Source: Pyrinomonadaceae bacterium (GTDB lineage Bacteria; Acidobacteriota; Blastocatellia; Pyrinomonadales; Pyrinomonadaceae). Taken from it: a DNA stretch of 57,957 nt. Shown here piece after piece: positions 52,916-57,957 of this stretch. Location of the stretch: NCBI GenBank assembly GCA_035942915.1, contig DASZCR010000271.1, positions 1-57,957 on the forward strand. The letters are read 5' to 3'. The notes below the pieces were generated by a model. It saw only the letters and a program-made list of their open reading frames with translations, searched no databases and was not told where the DNA came from. The position numbers and the translations under genes were made by a program. Every line of letters begins with the position of its first letter. Position 1 is the first letter of the stretch.

Positions 52916-53805
52916 TTTTTGCCCTTGTCCACGTTCGGCAGCGCGCGGTCGGGCGCGTTGCGCTGCGGGGGACGGTACTGCAAGACCGCCACCTCCGAGA
53001 GCGAATCGAGCCGCGCGCTCGGCTTGACGCGGATGACGTGCGGCGAGGTGGCCGAGCCTTGCTGCACTTCCACCACCGTCCCGACGTTTAAACCCGGCGG
53101 ATAGATGCCGTCCTGTCCCGTCGTCACCACGTAGTCGCCGACGTTGACGGTCTCCAACCCGGACACGTAGCGCATCTCCAGCAGCCCGTTCTTGCCGTAG
53201 CCGCGCACCGAGCCGAGTGCGTTCGACGCGCCGAGTTGGCCGACGACCGCGCCGGCCGCCGCCCGCTCGTCCGTGACGAGCATGACCTGCGCGGTGACGG
53301 GGCTGACGGCGACGACGCGACCGACGATGCCGTCGCGCGTGGCGACCGGCATGTTCAACTCGACGCCCGACGAAGAACCCCGGTTGATAATGACCGTGTT
53401 GAACCAGATGGACGGGTCGCGCGCGATGACGCGCGCCGGGACGACGCCGTACTCCGAATCCTGCTTCATGTCGAGCAGGCTCTTGAGCCGTTCATTCTCG
53501 TCGCGTGCGGCCTTCGCATCCCGTAACTCCGACTCGGCCGCCGCGAGCCGCTCGCGCAGTTGCTCGTTTTCGACCTGCGCGCGCCGGAGGTTGGCGAGGT
53601 TCTGGAAGAAGCCGATGCTCGCGCCGCCCGCGCCCGTCGTTGCGCGCTGCACGGGCGAGACGGCGGCCTGCGCCCAGACGCGCAGCACGCGCTGCTTGGT
53701 CACGGCGTCGCGGGCGTCCCATGTCATCAACCCGAAGTTGACAACGAGCAGGCCGAGCAGCCAGACCGGCGCGCGCTGCCTTAGCTCTTTCTGCGTCCGA
53801 AGCAT
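52912..53805 (-). CDS. mreC: rod shape-determining protein MreC
   Basis: 297 aa: N-terminal TM segment, a coiled-coil (ENEQLRERLAAAESELRD) and beta-rich C-terminal domains. Confidence 0.9.
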   Translation of the reverse strand: MLRTQKELRQRAPVWLLGLLVVNFGLMTWDARDAVTKQRVLRVWAQAAVSPVQRATTGAGGASIGFFQNLANLRRAQVENEQLRERLAAAESELRDAKAARDENERLKSLLDMKQDSEYGVVPARVIARDPSIWFNTVIINRGSSSGVELNMPVATRDGIVGRVVAVSPVTAQVMLVTDERAAAGAVVGQLGASNALGSVRGYGKNGLLEMRYVSGLETVNVGDYVVTTGQDGIYPPGLNVGTVVEVQQGSATSPHVIRVKPSARLDSLSEVAVLQYRPPQRNAPDRALPNVDKGKK

Positions 53806-53820
53806 CTTCGATGAGAATCA

Positions 53821-53894
53821 GTGATAAGTAATGGGTGATAGGTGATAAGAGAAAACCTGTCTTGTCCTATCACCTATCACCCATCACCTATCAC
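53821..53894. repeat. heptamer-periodic palindromic element, GTGATRG type (4 + core + 4, 74 nt)
   Basis: GTGATAA GTAATGG GTGATAG GTGATAA - GAGAAAACCTGTCTTGTC - CTATCAC CTATCAC CCATCAC CTATCAC. It lies between the mreB stop and the mreC start. Confidence 0.9.
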
Positions 53895-53900
53895 TACTCT

Positions 53901-54947
53901 TTACGTCCCGCTCGTCAGCGTGTTGTCCCACTTGACGCGCTTGAGGAGGTTGAAGTCCGAGAGCATCTTGCCCGCGCCCAAGACGACCGAGGAGAGTGGG
54001 TCTTCGGCGACCGAGACGGGCAGCCCCGTCTCGATGGAGAGACGCCGGTCGAGGTTCTTCAGCAGCGCCCCGCCGCCCGTCATCACGATGCCGCGCTCGA
54101 CGATGTCGGCCGACAGTTCCGGCGGCGTCCGCTCAAGCGCCACACGCACGGCGTTCACGATGGTCGAGACGGAATCGGCCAGCGCCTCTCGAACTTCCTC
54201 GTCCGTGATGGTGATGGTCTTCGGGATGCCTTCGATGAGGTTGCGGCCGCGCACGTCCATCGAAAGCGGCTCGTCGAGCGGGAAGGCGCTCCCCAGTTCA
54301 ATCTTGATGGCCTCGGCCGTGCGCTCGCCGATAAGGAGGTTGTACTTGCGCTTGATGTACTGCGTGATAGCTTCGTCCATCTCGTTTCCGGCGACGCGCA
54401 CGGCGCGCGAGTAGACGATGCCGGACAAACTGATGACGGCGATATCGGTCGTGCCGCCGCCGATGTCGACAATCATGTTGCCGTGCGGCTCGGTGATGGG
54501 GAGGCCCGCGCCGATGGCCGCGCACATCGCCTCCTCCACCAGATAGACCTCTGAGGCTTTAGCGCGATAGGCCGAGTCTTCGACGGCGCGGCGCTCGACC
54601 TGCGTAATCTCGGAGGGGATGCCGATGACGACGCGCGGGCTGACCCATGTCTTGCCGTTGTGCGCCTTGCGGATGAAGTGCTGAAGCATCTTCTCCGTCA
54701 CCTCGAAGTTGGCAATCACGCCGTCTTTCATCGGGCGGATGGCGACGATGTTGCCGGGCGTGCGCCCCAACATCTCTTTGGCCTCTTTGCCGACGGCCTC
54801 CGGCGTGTTGGTGACCTTGTTGATGGCGACGATGGAAGGTTCACTGACGACGATGCCGCGCCCCTTGGCGAAGACGAGCGTGTTGGCCGTGCCGAGGTCA
54901 ATGGCAAGGTCGCTAGAGAACAGGCTAAAAAAGGATTTAAATGCCAT
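53901..54947 (-). CDS. mreB: rod shape-determining actin homologue MreB
   Basis: [13 protein letters not shown] phosphate-1 motif, DIGGGTTD. Start placed at ATG 54947 (MAFKSFF). Confidence 0.95.
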   Translation of the reverse strand: MAFKSFFSLFSSDLAIDLGTANTLVFAKGRGIVVSEPSIVAINKVTNTPEAVGKEAKEMLGRTPGNIVAIRPMKDGVIANFEVTEKMLQHFIRKAHNGKTWVSPRVVIGIPSEITQVERRAVEDSAYRAKASEVYLVEEAMCAAIGAGLPITEPHGNMIVDIGGGTTDIAVISLSGIVYSRAVRVAGNEMDEAITQYIKRKYNLLIGERTAEAIKIELGSAFPLDEPLSMDVRGRNLIEGIPKTITITDEEVREALADSVSTIVNAVRVALERTPPELSADIVERGIVMTGGGALLKNLDRRLSIETGLPVSVAEDPLSSVVLGAGKMLSDFNLLKRVKWDNTLTSGT

Positions 54948-55252
54948 TCGGTTTCCTGTCACTACCTCTTAACTGAAAAACGCGCCGGAATCTGAACAAA
55001 CGTGAGCGCCATCCTGCGCGCGAGCGAACCCACAAAGATACACCGAAGCGGCGCTTCTTTGCTAACCGTCAGACACATGTCGCGGAGGCTTCAGGATATC
55101 AGCGAGTGAGACTCGCTCCTGTTGTTGTCGTGCTTGTAACCGCTCGGTAGGGGGGTGTCGGCTCTGCTGCTACTGAACAACTCGCTCAATGCTTTACAGC
55201 ATGCGACCGAAAATGTCTATAACTTTTTGAGCCGGGAAACGGAAAATTTTCG

Positions 55253-56797
55253 TCACGCGCCCGCCGCAGGCTCCGGTGCGAAGCGGATGCAGTTTTTGCG
55301 CGCCGCTTTGGCCTCGTACATGGCCGCGTCGGCGCAGGCGACGAGTTGCTGCGGCGACTGCGCGTGTTCGGGGAAGGTGGCGATGCCGAAGGAGGCCGTC
55401 AGCGACAGGCGCAGGCGTCGGCCGCCGGTGAAAGGGTGGTTGGCGATGCGCGAGCGGACGCGCTCGGCGACGCGCGCGGCCATCTCGATGCCTGTTTCGG
55501 GAAGGATGACGACGAACTCGTCGCCGCCGTAACGCGCCACCACGTCCGTATCGCGCACACATGAGAGGATGACTCCGGCCATCTCCATCAGGACGTGCGA
55601 GCCGACGAGGTGCCCGTGACGGTCGTTGACCGCCTTGAAATCGTCGAGGTCAAGAAAGAGCGCGCTGACGGATGAGCCGTAGCGGCGCGCGCGCTTGATT
55701 TCGCTGATGAGGAACTGTCTGAGGTAACGCGCGTTGTGCAGCTTCGTCAGGTCGTCTGTCTGCGAGAGCCGTTCGGCCTCGGCGATGCGGACGGCGTTCG
55801 AGAGAGCCGCCGCGAGCGGCAGCGCGAGCGCCGAGAGAAAGGAGGCGTCGGCACGCGAGAAGGCGCGCACCCTTTCGCCTTCGCGGACGGCTTCGAGGAC
55901 GCCGATGACGCGTTCACTGCTGAGTAGCGGAATGGCGATGACGCGGCGCGCGCCCTCGGTCTTACGCAACGTCTCGGCCGACGCGGCGGCGCGTCTCGCC
56001 GCGCACGACTCCGCGCCGGAGAGCGCCAGCGCGTCGCCCATCAGCGCGCGTCGCCAGTCTCCTTCCGGCAGAGCGCGCTCGCTCGCCGTCAGCCCGCGCA
56101 CGGCGAGCGGTTCGAAAGCGAGCTCTTCGGGCTGTGCGCCGCCCTCGCCGACGAGGTAAATAGTCCAACGGTCTGCTTTGACGAGCGAGGCGAGTCCGGC
56201 CAGCGCGGCCGAGGCGGCGCTCTTCTGGTCGGCCGCGAAGTGCAAGGCCGCGACCGTCTCGAAGGCCGCGCGCAGACGCGTCACGCTCAAGTTGTCGGGC
56301 AACAGCAGGCTCGAAGGCGCAATCATCGGCTCGTCGTCCGGGGGCAACTCCTCGCGTCGCTCGCGCGGGCTAAGCTGGCCGGAATTGCCGCGTGATTCGA
56401 GTTCATGCAGCAGCGCGCGCAGTTGCGCCGGGTCGTCTGCGACGGCGCGGAAGCCGAGCCGTTCAAGGGCGGCCGCGTCGAGACGCCGCGCCATCGTGCG
56501 CGCGACATCAGGCGACGGGGGGCGACGGCAGGCGACGAGCGGCGCATCCGGCCACGTCTCTGCGGCGCGACGCGCGACGGCATGAACCTCTGCCACGTCA
56601 GCCCCGGCCGCGACTTCGTAGAGCACTGCGAGCGGCATCTGCGACACATCGGCAGCCGCCCGGCCGACGCGTCCGCGACCCGCCACGTCGCCGAAAGCCT
56701 TAACCGTCGTCGCGCGCACACCGGCCTCGTCGAGCGCCTCCAACAACGCCTCCGCCGGATGCTCGTGTTCGCTCCTGAGAAGGATGACGGGTTTCAT
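55253..56797 (-). CDS. GGDEF diguanylate cyclase with a receiver-like N-terminus and a GAF-like region
   Basis: LDLDDFKAVNDRHGH, RYGGDEFVVILP. The N-terminal MKPVILLRSEHEH... resembles a receiver, but I cannot confirm the phospho-acceptor. Confidence 0.85.
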   Translation of the reverse strand: MKPVILLRSEHEHPAEALLEALDEAGVRATTVKAFGDVAGRGRVGRAAADVSQMPLAVLYEVAAGADVAEVHAVARRAAETWPDAPLVACRRPPSPDVARTMARRLDAAALERLGFRAVADDPAQLRALLHELESRGNSGQLSPRERREELPPDDEPMIAPSSLLLPDNLSVTRLRAAFETVAALHFAADQKSAASAALAGLASLVKADRWTIYLVGEGGAQPEELAFEPLAVRGLTASERALPEGDWRRALMGDALALSGAESCAARRAAASAETLRKTEGARRVIAIPLLSSERVIGVLEAVREGERVRAFSRADASFLSALALPLAAALSNAVRIAEAERLSQTDDLTKLHNARYLRQFLISEIKRARRYGSSVSALFLDLDDFKAVNDRHGHLVGSHVLMEMAGVILSCVRDTDVVARYGGDEFVVILPETGIEMAARVAERVRSRIANHPFTGGRRLRLSLTASFGIATFPEHAQSPQQLVACADAAMYEAKAARKNCIRFAPEPAAGA

Positions 56798-56805
56798 AAA
56801 GACAG

Positions 56806-56924
56806 GTGATAGGTGATGAGTGATAGGTGATAAGAAAAACAGCAGTCAGTTGTCAGTCGTCGGTTAAGGATGATGAGAGGCGCGCTGTTTTCCGTCTTAT
56901 CACCTATCACCCATCACCTATCAG
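56806..56924. repeat. GTGATRG-type element with a ~42-nt insertion at the apex
   Basis: Four G-units, GAAAAACAG | CAGTCAGTTGTCAGTCGTCGGTTAAGGATGATGAGAGGCGCG | CTGTTTTCCGTC, four C-units. The insert carries xxGTCAG heptamers and a GGATGATGAGAGG piece. Confidence 0.85.
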
Positions 56925-56938
56925 TAGTTTCCTCAACA

Positions 56939-57957
56939 CTATTTGCTCCCGAAGGGGAAGCGGTAGCTGTCGCGATTGCCCTGCGCGTCTTCGGCCTCGA
57001 CGTGGACTTCGCGCGTGCCGGCCGGCGCGGTGATTTGGAGTTGGAAGTGGCCGTCGCGTGAGGCCAGCGTCTCGCGTCCGGCGATGCGGATGGTGCTGCC
57101 CGGCACGGTGCGCCCACGGACGAGATAAATCTGCCCTGCGACGTACTCGAAAGACACGTCCGAGACGCCGACGCGCTCGCCCGTCCCGCCCTCCGCAACG
57201 ACGAGGAACTTCTGCGGCTCGCTCCACTCGCTGGCCTGTCCCGAAGCGGCGACGGCGCGCACGCGCCAGAAATAGTTGCCCTGACGGAGGTCGCCGACGG
57301 TGAACTCGGTGGCCTGAAGCTGGTCGCGCTCGATGACCTTCCCGGCCGTGACGAAGAAGGGCGAGGTGGCGACTTCGACGCGGTAGTGCGTGGGCGCGCC
57401 CGTCGCCGGACGCTGCCAGCGCAACGCGACGCTCGTCGCGCCGCCCTTGCGCGTCGCTATCTTTTCCAGATTGCGCGGCGCTGAAGGGACGGGCACGTCG
57501 AGCAGCTTTTCCCTCTGCGTGATGCTGCCCGTCGGGTTGACGGCCACGTACTCGCCGCCGGCCAGCGTGGTCTGGTCGCCGTTGCGCGTGCTGGTGACGA
57601 CGCTGCCGTCCGTGACGCGAATGTCTTCGGACTGGTCTTCGCGGACGCCGATGCTGACGCCCGTCTGCGCGCCCAGTTGGTTCTCTGTGAGCGGCGTCTT
57701 CACGACGTTGCTCGCGCCTTCGGGTTGCTGTTCGGTGCGGACGCTCATCTGTCCTCGGTCGACGGCGACGCGGACGTTCGTCCGTCCACCGTCTCCGGTG
57801 GTGTTCTCCGCGATGGTCACGACGCTGTTCGGCTTGACGATGAGCGTCGAGCCGTCTGCCAGCGTGATGCGCGCGCGCCCGTCCTGTTGGGTCTGCACGG
57901 TGTCGCCGGGAAACAGGCGCGTGTCGGCGCGCGCCTGTATAGTCTCGCGCGTCGAGG
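56939..57957 (-). CDS. FecR-domain / FN3-like protein, 5'-truncated by the window edge
   Basis: PGDTVQTQQDGRARITLADGSTLIVKPNSVVTI is a FecR-type pattern, and the reading frame stays open to position 57957. The C-terminal part is FN3-like (ALRWQRP...YRVEVA...YFWRVRAV). Confidence 0.6.
   Translation of the reverse strand, partial: STRETIQARADTRLFPGDTVQTQQDGRARITLADGSTLIVKPNSVVTIAENTTGDGGRTNVRVAVDRGQMSVRTEQQPEGASNVVKTPLTENQLGAQTGVSIGVREDQSEDIRVTDGSVVTSTRNGDQTTLAGGEYVAVNPTGSITQREKLLDVPVPSAPRNLEKIATRKGGATSVALRWQRPATGAPTHYRVEVATSPFFVTAGKVIERDQLQATEFTVGDLRQGNYFWRVRAVAASGQASEWSEPQKFLVVAEGGTGERVGVSDVSFEYVAGQIYLVRGRTVPGSTIRIAGRETLASRDGHFQLQITAPAGTREVHVEAEDAQGNRDSYRFPFGSK

Overview
GC-rich chromosomal window (judged by eye; third codon positions are strongly G/C) from a diderm bacterium, almost fully coding. 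No lineage can be assigned without a search. Gene order: a small NT-repeat lipoprotein; livHMGF; an arginine cluster (argH <> argR-argG-[unknown P-loop ORF]-argC-argD-argF'-argB); tilS-hpt-ftsH-folP; lptE-holA; rpsT; phoH-ybeY-corC; a deoxyhypusine-synthase-like gene. A more accessory-looking middle section follows: NlpC/P60, a ~485-aa orphan, SIMPL, an SLT-like protein, two alpha/beta hydrolases, two ABC exporters, two GAF-GGDEF proteins, thioesterase, ATL, cupin, cyclase, mqnA plus a radical-SAM mqn gene, GH5 and a low-GC XRE islet. The window ends with RNase E/G, rodA-mrdA-mreD-mreC-mreB on the minus strand, and a truncated FecR-like gene. By eye I found no rRNA, tRNA, CRISPR array, transposase or integrase. 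The most unusual signal is non-coding. Fifteen intergenic palindromic elements are built from tandem 7-nt words. Twelve use GTGATRG, with the layout (GTGATRG)n - conserved self-complementary core - (CYATCAC)n and a modal 4+core+4 module of 74 nt. Three have the same architecture but other words (GGATGAG, GGTCAAA, GTCTAAA). They sit inside operons, fill intergenic gaps, donate stop codons to several genes and show apparent nesting. Other items worth follow-up are an uncharacterised P-loop ORF inside the arg operon (no argA/argJ/argE is present in the window), an RNase E/G with a ~558-aa low-complexity insertion inside its S1 region, and a low-GC XRE module with overlapping divergent promoters. 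Many long ORFs in the six-frame track are GC-driven antisense shadows or translations of the repeats and were rejected.
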